Shown piece by piece: positions 38,564 through 49,107 of a DNA stretch of 64,000 nt. Origin of the DNA: Candidatus Gottesmanbacteria bacterium (lineage in GTDB: Bacteria; Patescibacteriota; Microgenomatia; 2-02-FULL-39-11); assembly GCA_016195685.1 (NCBI GenBank), contig JACPZE010000010.1, forward strand, positions 16,751 through 80,750, written 5' to 3'. How positions within the stretch are numbered: position 1 is the stretch's first letter; each line of letters begins with the position of its first letter. The position numbers were made by a program, and so were the translations under genes. The notes beneath the pieces were generated by a model. That model worked only from the letters and a program-made list of their open reading frames with translations. It was not told where the DNA came from and searched no databases.

Positions 38564-39565
38564 ATGACAGTAGAATTTATTTTAACAGTATTTTTATTTA
38601 TCTTAAGTTTCATTATATTTACTTTTCTTATTCGTAAATGGTTTCAAGAATTGTCTGAAAAACAAAAGCCCTCCGAAGAGTTATTAACAATTATAAAAAT
38701 GTTACAAACGGGTTCAAAGGAAGATAGAAAAGTTCTTCTAGAGACTCTGCAACAAAATACTCAGGCGCTAAATCAGAGATTGGATAACGCGGCAAGGATC
38801 ATTGGCTTAGTACAAAAAAATATTGGCGAGATGAGTGAAATAGGACGAGGGATGAAAGACCTTCAGGATTTTCTCAAAAGTCCGAAACTAAGAGGAAATA
38901 TTGGTGAACAAATTCTAAAAGAACTATTAGGGCAGATGCTACCAAAACAGTCATTCCATCTGCAGTATACTTTTAAATCTGGGGCTATAGTAGATGCGGC
39001 TATAAAAACTGCAAATGGCATTATCCCAATAGATTCTAAATTCCCATTGGAGAATTTCCGCAAGATGATGAGTGTTAAAGATGAAGAGGAAAGAAACTCA
39101 GTCAGTAATGCATTTGAAAAAGACGTAAAAAGACATATAGATGATATATCCAGAAAATATATTTTGACTGAGGAGGGAACAATAGATTATGCCCTCATGT
39201 ATATTCCCAGCGAAGCCGTTTATTATGAAATAGTCAATAACCCTGACCTTTTTGAATATGCTGGGGGAAAACGAGTGCTTCCGGTATCCCCGATGACTTT
39301 TTATGCATACATGAAAGCAATACTTATGTCTTTTGAGGGGCAAAAAATTGAAGAACAAGCAAAACAGATTTTACAGACGATAAGAGCGGTTCAAAAAGAT
39401 TATGTAAAAGTAGAAGATAACCTCGGTGTCTTAGGAAGGCATCTGACAAATGCCTATAACCAGATGAATAATGTTCTTTCGAGTTTTACTCTTTTGGGCC
39501 AAAAGCTATCGTCAACCAAGACATTTGAAGAAAACAAGAAAACCTCAAAACAGTTGGAGATTTAA
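38564..39565 (+). CDS. rmuC: DNA recombination protein RmuC family
   Basis: N-terminal TM, then coiled coil. KLRGNIGEQILKELL matches the RmuC RGNWGE signature. Confidence 0.75.
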   Translation: MTVEFILTVFLFILSFIIFTFLIRKWFQELSEKQKPSEELLTIIKMLQTGSKEDRKVLLETLQQNTQALNQRLDNAARIIGLVQKNIGEMSEIGRGMKDLQDFLKSPKLRGNIGEQILKELLGQMLPKQSFHLQYTFKSGAIVDAAIKTANGIIPIDSKFPLENFRKMMSVKDEEERNSVSNAFEKDVKRHIDDISRKYILTEEGTIDYALMYIPSEAVYYEIVNNPDLFEYAGGKRVLPVSPMTFYAYMKAILMSFEGQKIEEQAKQILQTIRAVQKDYVKVEDNLGVLGRHLTNAYNQMNNVLSSFTLLGQKLSSTKTFEENKKTSKQLEI

Positions 39566-39567
39566 TT

Positions 39568-40350
39568 ATGCGAACAAGAATTGATAAAGCCAGAGAGAGT
39601 TATTTTAAACGAGATTTAGAGTCGACAAAAAAAGCTCATGATCCCGACTCGATCCATGAATCAATATCTCACAAAGAAGGACACGTAACGAGTTTTAATC
39701 TACCAGAAATTATTTTGGGTGGGCAAGACGGGCTGGTAAATGTATTAGGGGTTATTTTAGGTGTAGCAGCTGCAACTTCTGACACCAGACTTGTAGTTAT
39801 AGCAGGTATGGCGGCCACATTTGCGGAAAGTATATCGATGGCTGCTGTGGCTTTTACTAGTAAACTCGCAGAAGCAGATTATTACCAGTCAGAATATGAA
39901 AGAGAAAAATGGGAGATAGAACATGTTCCTGCGGGTGAAAAAGAGGAAATAAAAGCATTATATAAACATTATGGTTTTTCAGGAAAGATTCTCGACGATA
40001 TTGTAGAAAAAATCACTTCCAATAACGATACTTGGCTTAAAGTTATGATGGAGCAGGAATTAAAACTTACACCGGTGGATAGGAAAGAGGCGGTACCAGC
40101 TGCAGTGATTGTAGGTGTAGCAGCGATAATCGGTTCATTTATTCCATTGACGCCATTTTTTTTATTTGATATTAAGTCTGCGATTTTGGTATCACTCATT
40201 ATTTCTTCACTAACTTTATTTATAGTCGGCTACTATAAAGCCCAAAAAACTTTAGGGAGAAAATTTATAAGGTCGGGGATAGAAATGTTGGTTATAGGTA
40301 TGGTATCAGCATTGGTTGGTTACTTCGTAGGAAGCCTTTTTAAAATTTGA
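39568..40350 (+). CDS. VIT1/CCC1 family iron/manganese transporter
   Basis: GGQDGLVNVLGVILGVAAATSD plus C-terminal TM bundle. Confidence 0.85.
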   Translation: MRTRIDKARESYFKRDLESTKKAHDPDSIHESISHKEGHVTSFNLPEIILGGQDGLVNVLGVILGVAAATSDTRLVVIAGMAATFAESISMAAVAFTSKLAEADYYQSEYEREKWEIEHVPAGEKEEIKALYKHYGFSGKILDDIVEKITSNNDTWLKVMMEQELKLTPVDRKEAVPAAVIVGVAAIIGSFIPLTPFFLFDIKSAILVSLIISSLTLFIVGYYKAQKTLGRKFIRSGIEMLVIGMVSALVGYFVGSLFKI

Positions 40351-40404
40351 TTATCTACCCTCTAATACCTTTAAATCCCAATGGTATAATTATGGGGCAT
40401 TTGT

Positions 40405-43368
40405 ATGGCAAGAAAAACCGATGAAAAAAAATTGAATAAAGATCAGTTGAAAGCAATAAAACATGGGAAAGGACCGCTGCTTATCATCGCCGGAGCGGGG
40501 ACGGGAAAAACTACTGTCATAACCGAAAGAGTAAAATGGCTTATTTCCCAAAAGATGGCGCAACCAGGAGAATTATTAGCGCTTACTTTTACAGAAAAAG
40601 CGGCGCGTGAAATGGAAGAGCGGATAGATATAGCATTGCCGTATGGTTATACCCAAATGTGGATTACTACTTTTCATGCTTTTGGGGAGAAAGTTTTAAG
40701 GCAGGAAGCTTTACAGATAGGTCTTGATTCGGGTTACAAACTTATGACTGCCGCAGAAGAGATTATTTTTCTGCGCAAAAATCTTTTTAAGTTTGATTTG
40801 AATTATTTCCGACCCCTAAGCAATCCCAATAAATTTATCGAAGGTATATTACAGCATTTTAGTAGATTAAAAGATGAAGACATTTCACCCATCCAATATG
40901 TTCAATGGGTTCAAAATCAAAAATCAAAAATCAAAAATCAAAAATTAGATGAAAATATAAAATTAGAAATAGATAAATATTTTGAATTAGCAAATGCATA
41001 TAAAACTTATGAAGAATTGAAATTTAAAGAAGGTGTAATGGATTTTTCTGATTTAATTAGTAATACTCTGAAATTATTCAGAGTAAGGAAAAATCTCTTG
41101 AAAGAATATCAAAACAAATTCAAGTTTATTTTAATTGATGAATTCCAAGATACTAATTTTGCCCAAAATGAATTAGCTATTTTACTTACCGGCAATGCAA
41201 AAAACATTACAGTGGTTGGAGATGATGATCAAGCAATTTACCGTTGGCGTGGAGCTGCTATATCAAATATTATTCAATTTAAAAAACGCTTTCCCCAATC
41301 AAAATTAGTCATTTTAAGTAAGAACTATAGATCTACTCAAGAAATATTAGATTCATCCTACAAACTTATACAAAATAATAATCCAGATAGGTTGGAAGTA
41401 AAAGAGAATATCGATAAAAAACTTCAATCTGAAAGACCCGCAAGAGGAGAAAAAATAGAATTCATATTTACCAAAAGAGTTGAAGACGAAGCAGACGAAG
41501 TGGTCAAAAAAATCAAACAACAACAAAGCAAGGGTATTTATAGTTGGAAAGACTTTGCAATTTTGATAAGAGCGAATAATCAATCAGATCCGTTTATCAG
41601 GACGCTTACTCGCGCAGGGATTCCATACCAATTTCTTGGTCCGGGAATACTTTTTCGGCAAGCAGAAATAAAAGATTTGATTGCGTATCTGAAATTCCTT
41701 CATAATTTTTTGGATTCGGTAGCTTTTTTCCGTGTGTTGTCGATGTCAATTTTTGATATATCCTCACGAGATATTGTTGCCTTGAATAATTTTGCTTCGA
41801 GAGTAGGTATTTCATTGTTTGAGGGGACAGAAGTAATTGTTTCTTTTGCACAAAATGACACAAAGCATTGGAGTAGGGAAAAAAACTACCAAAGTTTACT
41901 GCCCAATATAAGTGATAAATCAAAGAATATATTAGCCAAAATCTTAAAGATGATAAATAGACATTTTGATTTGATAAAAAAGCAGGAAACAGCAGGTCAA
42001 ATTCTTTATTATTTTTTGGAAGATACAGGAATTCTATTGAAATTGACTAAATACAAAGACACAAAAGAAGAAAAAATGGCCTTAAATATTTCTAAATTCT
42101 TTGATAAATTAAAAACTTTTGAAACAGAACATGAAGATGCAAGCGTGGCGGCGGTTGTAGAATTTTTAGAGATGTCTATGGAATTAGGGGAAAGTCCTTT
42201 GGTAGCAGACATTGATTGGACACAAAACGATGCGGTCAATATACTTACTGTTCACTCAAGTAAAGGATTGGAATTCCCAGTGGTATTTTTAGTTAATTTA
42301 GTCACAAACAGATTTCCGACTATTTCCAGACGAGAGCGGATTCCTATACCTGATGAGTTAGTCAAAGAAATTCTGCCTGAAGGCGATTATCACCTGGAAG
42401 AGGAGAGAAGACTTTTTTATGTAGGTATGACCAGAGCTCGTGATTACCTGTTCTTGGCTGCGTCAAACTATTATGGAGAAGGAAAAAGAGAAAGAAAAAT
42501 TTCTCCATTTGTGATGGAAACGCTGGGTGAGGACAATGTGATTAAACAGCCATTAGATTCGGCGCAAAGTAAACAGTTAACACTTATCGAATGGAAGAAA
42601 AACGAAGAATTACAGGGACAAGTTATAAAAACACCGATTGAATATTTATCTTACTCCCAGATTGATACTTTTATGACGTGTCCGCTTCAATATAAATATC
42701 GTTATATATTAAAAATTCCCGTACCTCAAAATGCTGCCGGATCATTCGGTACTTCCATACATGCAACTCTTCAAAAATTTTATGAGGAAAGAAAAGAAGG
42801 AAAACATCCGACTAAACACAAGTTATTTAAATTGTTGAATAGAGTATGGATGCCGATCGGTTACGGGACCAAGCAATATGAAGAAAAAATGAAAAAACGG
42901 GGTATAGACATGCTCACGCAATTTTATGATAAATTTTATGATCCGAAAATAGTACCAAAAAACTTAGAACAAGTATTTAAAATAAAACTTAGCCCCAATT
43001 TAAAAATCGGAGGAAAAATTGATCGAGTTGATGAAACGCACGATGGAAAATTAGAAATAATTGATTACAAAACAGGCAAAAAACCTACAGAAAAGCAGAT
43101 AAAAGAAAATTTGCAAATGACTGTCTATGGACTTGCTGCAACAGATAAAGGTATCTATAATAGAACACCAGACGAAGTCATTTTGTCATTTTATTTTTTG
43201 GGAACTCAAGAAAAGGTTTCGTCAACGCGTACAAATGATGACTTAGAAGAGGCAAAAAAGATTTTGATGAATAAAGCAGAAGAGATTTCAACAAGTGATT
43301 TTAAGCCAAAAGTGGGGCCATGGTGTGATTTTTGTGATTTCAGACTAATTTGTGAAGCATGGCAATAA
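40405..43368 (+). CDS. UvrD/PcrA-family helicase fused to a C-terminal Cas4/AddB-like PD-(D/E)XK Fe-S nuclease domain (987 aa)
   Basis: Helicase motif I AGAGTGKTT plus motifs through VI. C-terminus has TCPLQY...GKIDRVD...EIIDYKTG...QMTVY...CDFCDFRLIC (1+3 Cys). Confidence 0.88.
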   Translation: MARKTDEKKLNKDQLKAIKHGKGPLLIIAGAGTGKTTVITERVKWLISQKMAQPGELLALTFTEKAAREMEERIDIALPYGYTQMWITTFHAFGEKVLRQEALQIGLDSGYKLMTAAEEIIFLRKNLFKFDLNYFRPLSNPNKFIEGILQHFSRLKDEDISPIQYVQWVQNQKSKIKNQKLDENIKLEIDKYFELANAYKTYEELKFKEGVMDFSDLISNTLKLFRVRKNLLKEYQNKFKFILIDEFQDTNFAQNELAILLTGNAKNITVVGDDDQAIYRWRGAAISNIIQFKKRFPQSKLVILSKNYRSTQEILDSSYKLIQNNNPDRLEVKENIDKKLQSERPARGEKIEFIFTKRVEDEADEVVKKIKQQQSKGIYSWKDFAILIRANNQSDPFIRTLTRAGIPYQFLGPGILFRQAEIKDLIAYLKFLHNFLDSVAFFRVLSMSIFDISSRDIVALNNFASRVGISLFEGTEVIVSFAQNDTKHWSREKNYQSLLPNISDKSKNILAKILKMINRHFDLIKKQETAGQILYYFLEDTGILLKLTKYKDTKEEKMALNISKFFDKLKTFETEHEDASVAAVVEFLEMSMELGESPLVADIDWTQNDAVNILTVHSSKGLEFPVVFLVNLVTNRFPTISRRERIPIPDELVKEILPEGDYHLEEERRLFYVGMTRARDYLFLAASNYYGEGKRERKISPFVMETLGEDNVIKQPLDSAQSKQLTLIEWKKNEELQGQVIKTPIEYLSYSQIDTFMTCPLQYKYRYILKIPVPQNAAGSFGTSIHATLQKFYEERKEGKHPTKHKLFKLLNRVWMPIGYGTKQYEEKMKKRGIDMLTQFYDKFYDPKIVPKNLEQVFKIKLSPNLKIGGKIDRVDETHDGKLEIIDYKTGKKPTEKQIKENLQMTVYGLAATDKGIYNRTPDEVILSFYFLGTQEKVSSTRTNDDLEEAKKILMNKAEEISTSDFKPKVGPWCDFCDFRLICEAWQ
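40911..40946. repeat. Heptanucleotide tandem repeat (TCAAAAA x4-5) inside the helicase-nuclease CDS
   Basis: tcaaaatcaaaaatcaaaaatcaaaaatcaaaaatt. Encodes QNQKSKIKNQKL. Confidence 0.85.
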
Positions 43369-43382
43369 TAATATAATTAAAT

Positions 43383-44165
43383 ATGATTACCTTAATAAAG
43401 TTACAACAATTTCTTGATCAATATTTAAATTTTGATCAGGATTTGGTTCCAGAAAAGGTCGATCCTTACATGACTAACGGAATGATGGTAAAGGGGAAAG
43501 AAGAAATAAATAAAATAGGTTTTGGTGTATCTGCCTCACTTGAACTATTTCAAAAAGCAAAAGACGCAGATTGTAACGCTGTAGTTGTTCACCACTCTTT
43601 TAATCTTCCTCCATTTAACAGATATGATTCCATCTTTCAAAATCGTCTTGGGTTTCTTGTAAAAAATGAAATTTCACTTTTCGGGTATCATTTTCTTCTT
43701 GATGCTCATCCGGAGGTAGGTAATAATATACAGATTCTTAAAACACTTAGCGCCAATTCCATTAAACCATTCTTACATCACGGGAATCCATGGGGATGGA
43801 TTGGCGAGTTTAAAGATACAGAAGAATTGATAAATATTGAGAATAAGTTGAAACCTTATATGAGTAATCGGTCAGTAGTTTATCCATTTGGAAATAACAA
43901 AGTTAAAAAAGTAGTTGCGATTTCAGGGAAAGGTGCGCCACTCTCGGGAACGATGCAAAGTTTGATTGATGAGGAAATTGATTTATATATAACTGGTGAA
44001 GTACATGAATGGAATAGGGAATTATTTAGAGAAGCAAAAATAAATTTTATCGCGGGAGGTCATTACGCAACTGAAGTTTTTGGCGTTAAAGCGTTGATGA
44101 AAAAAGTTAAAGAAAAATTTTCTGAAGTGTCGACTGTATGGTTGGAAATTGATAATGAAATCTAA
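43383..44165 (+). CDS. Nif3-like dinuclear metal center protein (GTP cyclohydrolase 1 type 2 homolog)
   Basis: KIGFGVSASLELFQKA...VVVHH and a C-terminal metal-binding region. Confidence 0.75.
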   Translation: MITLIKLQQFLDQYLNFDQDLVPEKVDPYMTNGMMVKGKEEINKIGFGVSASLELFQKAKDADCNAVVVHHSFNLPPFNRYDSIFQNRLGFLVKNEISLFGYHFLLDAHPEVGNNIQILKTLSANSIKPFLHHGNPWGWIGEFKDTEELINIENKLKPYMSNRSVVYPFGNNKVKKVVAISGKGAPLSGTMQSLIDEEIDLYITGEVHEWNRELFREAKINFIAGGHYATEVFGVKALMKKVKEKFSEVSTVWLEIDNEI

Positions 44166-44170
44166 AATAA

Positions 44171-45016
44171 TTAAAGATAAAAATTCTCAAGATAAATAAT
44201 TTTTCTCACCCCAAATCCCTCTTTAAATTTAGTGAATCCTTTCCATGATGCTGACGCTTTTGGAAATCGCTCGTCATATATTCCTTCAAAGTCAAAGATT
44301 GTACAGCCCCGTTTTTTGGATAATTTCAATGCTTCCCAAACCAAAAGAGTGGGTGCGAATAATTTTTTGCCGGAAGACAAAGCCGAAGCGAACCAATAAT
44401 AAGCCTGTTTTTTATAAAAAAGCAATAAAATACCCGCGATCGCATTCATATTTTTTGGATGATAAGCCAATAAAATAGAGGCATTTTGTGGATAAAAAAT
44501 TTTCCAAAGAGATTTCATTTCACCACCTACTAAAAACCAAACAGGGAGATATTGCCGTTGCCTGATTTTTATAAAAGAATCTAAATCATTAGATTCCTTG
44601 ATAAAAACCCCATTTTTAATAGCACGCCTGACAGCTCTTCTTTTGGCCTCGGAGAAATTATTAAATATTTCATTTTCTTCGGGAGTTAAATCAACTAAAT
44701 AGTTCGTTGTCGGATTAAAAGTGTCATGATCGATTTTAAATCCAGATCGTATAAATTTTTTCTGATACTGTTGATATTTTTGATCAGACTGATCTACGAG
44801 TGGAGAGATTTTTAACCTGAATATTTTATTTGATTGTTTGTACACTTTAATTTTATCTAGATCGATCGGCATATTCGGTCGGGGCATTTTTGCGAAATAG
44901 CCGATGAGAGGAAATTTTCTTTTATAGATGTAGTTGGAATCTATCTTTTCTGTTTCCCATCCCAATAATCTCATATATTTGGTAAACAAAATTGATTGGC
45001 GGATATCCTGGATCAT
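44171..45016 (-). CDS. FemAB-family peptidyl transferase paralog (short)
   Basis: GNAT-like FemAB C-terminal region YYWFASALSSGKKLFAPTLLVWEALKLSKKRGCTIFDFEGI. Confidence 0.6.
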   Translation of the reverse strand: MIQDIRQSILFTKYMRLLGWETEKIDSNYIYKRKFPLIGYFAKMPRPNMPIDLDKIKVYKQSNKIFRLKISPLVDQSDQKYQQYQKKFIRSGFKIDHDTFNPTTNYLVDLTPEENEIFNNFSEAKRRAVRRAIKNGVFIKESNDLDSFIKIRQRQYLPVWFLVGGEMKSLWKIFYPQNASILLAYHPKNMNAIAGILLLFYKKQAYYWFASALSSGKKLFAPTLLVWEALKLSKKRGCTIFDFEGIYDERFPKASASWKGFTKFKEGFGVRKIIYLENFYL

Positions 45017-46038
45017 TTGTCGCGTCGACCTTTTATAGAAAGAAAAATTTGACGAAGATTGTGGATGGTATTATAAATTCCATAAAGTGCAGGATTAATT
45101 ACTAAATCAAAACTTCCCTCAAATTCAATTAATTTCGCCCCGTATCCTTGCTTAAATCTGTGAAAACCAAACCAGGGATCTTTAGGATCAGGATTTGGTC
45201 CCAGCGATCCCCACAGGTCAAAAACTTTTGCGCCATTCCGTTTGCCAAATCTGATCGCCTCCCACATCATGAGATTTGAAGCCATGACATTTCGCATTTT
45301 ATCACTTGACGCACCATATGGGTAATACAAAATATCATTCAGAAGGAATAAAACCCAGGCAACTAATACAACACTTTTCCCATCAATATTTATTTTTGCA
45401 GTGAGTAAATGCGCTAACCCTTTTGGGTGTAAAGTTTCCCACATAAGTTGATGGTATGTCTTATTGTGTGCAAAAAATCCTTGACGCTTAGTAGTTTCAA
45501 ATAATAGGTTTAAATAATCATTAAATGCAGTAGGATTTTTTTCTTCAGTGATAATGACATTATTTTTTTGGGCAACTTTTATGTTGTAGCGTGTTTTAGG
45601 ATGCATAATTTTGAGGAGTTCTTCTTCACTTTTTGAAAGGTCAAGCTGGAAAGTAAACTGAGTAAATAGAGGATGAGGGGAGGGGACGATCAAAAATTTC
45701 GAATTTGATTCGAAAGGAAGTGAGTCATTTTTTACAACGTTAGGTTCTAATTTAATAAATACACAGCGGTATTTTCTCCCCACATCAGAGAGTTTTTCCA
45801 ACATTTCACTGCTGGGTATTTTACTTTTAGGAAGATAGCCTATGGTCCAGGAGGTGAATGGTATTTGATGTATTGAAACCTGGGCCGTTTCTGTCAATTT
45901 ATCTTTTTGATATTTTCCTAATCTTATGATCTCAATTCCTGTTTTTTGTCGAAATTCTCCCCACTCCCATGATTGAAGTGGATGATATGCTAGTCGATTA
46001 AATTCTTTTTTGTCTTCAGGTTTAACATTAGTAATCAT
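45013..46038 (-). CDS. FemAB/FemX-family aminoacyltransferase (peptidoglycan interpeptide bridge formation)
   Basis: YYPYGASSDKMRNVMASNLMMWEAIRFGKRNGAKVFDLWG resembles FemX YYAPYA..SEMIQWA...YDLGGI. Confidence 0.7.
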   Translation of the reverse strand: MITNVKPEDKKEFNRLAYHPLQSWEWGEFRQKTGIEIIRLGKYQKDKLTETAQVSIHQIPFTSWTIGYLPKSKIPSSEMLEKLSDVGRKYRCVFIKLEPNVVKNDSLPFESNSKFLIVPSPHPLFTQFTFQLDLSKSEEELLKIMHPKTRYNIKVAQKNNVIITEEKNPTAFNDYLNLLFETTKRQGFFAHNKTYHQLMWETLHPKGLAHLLTAKINIDGKSVVLVAWVLFLLNDILYYPYGASSDKMRNVMASNLMMWEAIRFGKRNGAKVFDLWGSLGPNPDPKDPWFGFHRFKQGYGAKLIEFEGSFDLVINPALYGIYNTIHNLRQIFLSIKGRRDK

Positions 46039-46122
46039 AATTTACGAGTATGGTTGCATATCGGAATAAAAATTTGACATTAGATATTTGAGTTTTGAGC
46101 TTTATTTTATGGTATCATATCA

Positions 46123-46581
46123 TTGATGGTAAAAAAACATAAAACTGAAACAAAAGATCAAGAATTTAATAATTCTGTAAATTATAAGTGGTGGGTTGTT
46201 GGTGTAATTTTATTTATTGTAATTATTTTAAATATAACGGGTAAAAATAGCTTGGTTAAATCTATATTTAATCATTTGGTGCCTACACCTACTCCTACAC
46301 CAAAACCAATTAAAAGTTCTCCACCAGAAGGGTTAAATACCGACCAGGCGAATTACGTAAAGCAGGCTATAGAAGCGCTTGCTGCCAAACTTAAGACAAA
46401 AGCAAATAATGTTAAGGTAGTTAGCGTGAAAGAGAAACAGTGGAACGATAGTAGTTTGGGTTGTCCGCAGAAAGGTATGTTATATATCCAATCTATCACG
46501 CCAGGATATATAATAGAGCTTTCTTTTGGGCAAAAAACATATATTTATCACGGAGGATTAAATATAGTCATTTCTTGCTAA
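46123..46581 (+). CDS. Membrane-anchored hypothetical protein with TPTPTPKP linker
   Basis: N-terminal TM and Pro/Thr linker. Confidence 0.4.
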   Translation: MMVKKHKTETKDQEFNNSVNYKWWVVGVILFIVIILNITGKNSLVKSIFNHLVPTPTPTPKPIKSSPPEGLNTDQANYVKQAIEALAAKLKTKANNVKVVSVKEKQWNDSSLGCPQKGMLYIQSITPGYIIELSFGQKTYIYHGGLNIVISC

Positions 46582-48399
46582 TGAAGTTAAATGTTGTGGT
46601 ATTTCGGCTACGAAGCGAGATACAGGATTTGAGTTTCTCTGTCCGAAGTACAATCGTCTTGTAGCAAAGGTTAAAAATAGTTCTTCCTTTGCTCGTGTCA
46701 TACCTACATAGCAAAGTCGTCGTTCCTCCTCAAGCTCCAAAGGTTCTAAAAGAGTACGCGAGTGGGGGAATAGTCCTTCTTCCATCCCTATCATAAAAAC
46801 TTTTGGAAATTCCAATCCTTTAGCGGCATGCATAGTCATGAGAGTCACAGCAACTTTTTGTCCATCAAGAAACGCATGATCCGGATAGTATTCTTGTTCG
46901 ACAAGTGCCACATTCTCCAAAAACTGTATTAGATCAGGGAACTGAGTGGCAACAGAATGAAGTTCGTTTGTGTTTTCCAACCTAGATATATCTTCTGGAT
47001 CTTTTGGATCATACAATTCAAGGTAAGCCGTGAATTGTAGTAATTCATTCAATATCTCAGTTGTCGACTGTTTTAATATTTTGTCATTATTTCTGAAATC
47101 GTCGCTGAATTTTATAAAAGTTGCCAATTTTTTCTTGCCCAACTTTTCGATACGTTTATAGGAAACTTGGTCGTTTGAATTTATTAGGAGACGAAGATAT
47201 GAAATGATATCCTTGATTTCTTTTCTTTCATAAAACCTGACTCCTCCAACTAAAACGTAAGGGATGCCACTTTGTAAAAACACCTCTTCAATTACACGGC
47301 TTTGAGCATTTGTCCTATATAAAACGGCAAAATCAGAATATTTTTGGTGATTGATAATTTGCTTTATAATAAAATCAGCTTCATCATGTTCATTTTCTGC
47401 TTGGTAAATCTTGATAAGAGTACCACTTTGTTTTTCAGTCCAAAGCTTAAGAATAGGGTGGGATCTGTTTTTAGAAATGATGTGATTAGCAACGGCCAAA
47501 ATATTTTGTGTTGAACGGTAATTTTGTTCAAGGTGAAAAATCTTGGCATCAGGAAAATCCTTTTTAAAATTAGTGATATTTTTGAAATCTGCCCCTCGCC
47601 AACCATAGATACTTTGTGAAGCATCACCAACTACAGAGATATTTCTCCATCTTTTTGCCAAAATTTTTGTGAGTTGATATTGGGCGTGATTAGTATCCTG
47701 ATATTCATCTACAAGAATATAGGAATATTTATTCTGATACTCAGATGCAATATTTTCATTTTTACGAAATAATTCAACTGTCTTAGAGATAAGATCATCA
47801 AAATCCAATGCATGATTTTCTATGAGATACCTTTGATATGTAAGATATATCCGGGCCACTCCTTCCTGAAAATATCCACGGGCAATCTGCGGGTATTCTA
47901 ATGCAGATATTAGTTCGTTCTTTGCGGAAGATATTGTCGATAATACTGCTCCTGGATTAAATCGTTTTGGGTCAAGGCCCATTTCTTTTTCTGCTTCTTT
48001 AATCGCGTCTTTGCTGTCTTGTTCATCATAGATGACAAAGTTTTGTTCCACACCAATATGTTGACCTTCCCGGCGCAAAATTTTAGCACAAAAAGAATGG
48101 TAAGTGCCAGCAAAAGGTAGATTGGTTGACTTTTGTGATCCACCTTGTATAGATTGATTGTTCTCTAATAGAAAATTAGAAATACGAGCCTTCATTTCGT
48201 TTGCCGCTTTATTCGTGAAGGTGACTAAAAGTATATTTTCTGCCGATACCTTTTTCTCAAGCATGAGATACAAGGCTTTATAAGTTAGTACTCTTGTTTT
48301 TCCCGATCCCGCCCCAGCCAATATGATGATTGGACCTTCTGTATTTTTAACTGCTGCAATTTGTTCAGTATTAAGATGTTTAAGAATTAAATTCTCCAT
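46558..48399 (-). CDS. ATP-dependent DNA helicase, UvrD/PcrA/Rep family (613 aa)
   Basis: LNTEQIAAV...ILAGAGSGKTRVL motif I. DEYQDTN. Motifs III-VI present. Confidence 0.9.
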   Translation of the reverse strand: MENLILKHLNTEQIAAVKNTEGPIIILAGAGSGKTRVLTYKALYLMLEKKVSAENILLVTFTNKAANEMKARISNFLLENNQSIQGGSQKSTNLPFAGTYHSFCAKILRREGQHIGVEQNFVIYDEQDSKDAIKEAEKEMGLDPKRFNPGAVLSTISSAKNELISALEYPQIARGYFQEGVARIYLTYQRYLIENHALDFDDLISKTVELFRKNENIASEYQNKYSYILVDEYQDTNHAQYQLTKILAKRWRNISVVGDASQSIYGWRGADFKNITNFKKDFPDAKIFHLEQNYRSTQNILAVANHIISKNRSHPILKLWTEKQSGTLIKIYQAENEHDEADFIIKQIINHQKYSDFAVLYRTNAQSRVIEEVFLQSGIPYVLVGGVRFYERKEIKDIISYLRLLINSNDQVSYKRIEKLGKKKLATFIKFSDDFRNNDKILKQSTTEILNELLQFTAYLELYDPKDPEDISRLENTNELHSVATQFPDLIQFLENVALVEQEYYPDHAFLDGQKVAVTLMTMHAAKGLEFPKVFMIGMEEGLFPHSRTLLEPLELEEERRLCYVGMTRAKEELFLTFATRRLYFGQRNSNPVSRFVAEIPQHLTSLARNDYI

Positions 48400-48423
48400 G
48401 ATACAATAAACTATAATAGCATA

Positions 48424-49107
48424 ATGAAAAAGAAATATATTATCGGTAATTGGAAGTCTAATAAAGACTTGGAAGAAACAAAATATTGGTTTGATACATT
48501 AAAAACACGGTCTTTACAGAACAATATTATAAATTGGGATAATATAGAAGTAGTTGTCTGCCCGCCAATTATTTTTCTGCCATTGGTAAAAAAACTGCGG
48601 GACGATTGTGATCTACCTTTGAAAATTGGTGCACAAAATATTTCTCCTTTTAAAAATGGGCCATATACCGGAGAGGTATCTGACAGTATGATCGCCGAAT
48701 TTGCATCCTATGTAATAATTGGTCATTCTGAGAGAAGAACTAATTTTAGTGAAGATGACAGTATGCTTTCTGAGAAAGTAAAAAGAGCAAATGAGGTGAA
48801 GTTAAATTCAATTTATTGTATCCAAGATGAAAATACTTTTATCCCAGAAGATGTTGAGATTGTAGCATATGAGCCAGTTTGGGCAATAGGAACGGGAAAA
48901 ACTGATACTCCAGATAACGCTGATCGCGTTGCACAAGCTGTAAAAAAAAGATGGGGAGGTAAATCTTTAATTTATGGGGGAAGTGTAGACCCTGATAATA
49001 TAAAAAGTTTCATCCAAACTAATAATATAGACGGTGTTCTTCCAGGAGGATCCAGTCTTGATCCCAATAAATTCTGGGAGATGATTGTAAATGCAGCTAA
49101 AATTTAA
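48424..49107 (+). CDS. tpiA: Triosephosphate isomerase
   Basis: IGNWKSN, IIGHSERR and YEPVWAIGTGKT motifs. Confidence 0.95.
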   Translation: MKKKYIIGNWKSNKDLEETKYWFDTLKTRSLQNNIINWDNIEVVVCPPIIFLPLVKKLRDDCDLPLKIGAQNISPFKNGPYTGEVSDSMIAEFASYVIIGHSERRTNFSEDDSMLSEKVKRANEVKLNSIYCIQDENTFIPEDVEIVAYEPVWAIGTGKTDTPDNADRVAQAVKKRWGGKSLIYGGSVDPDNIKSFIQTNNIDGVLPGGSSLDPNKFWEMIVNAAKI

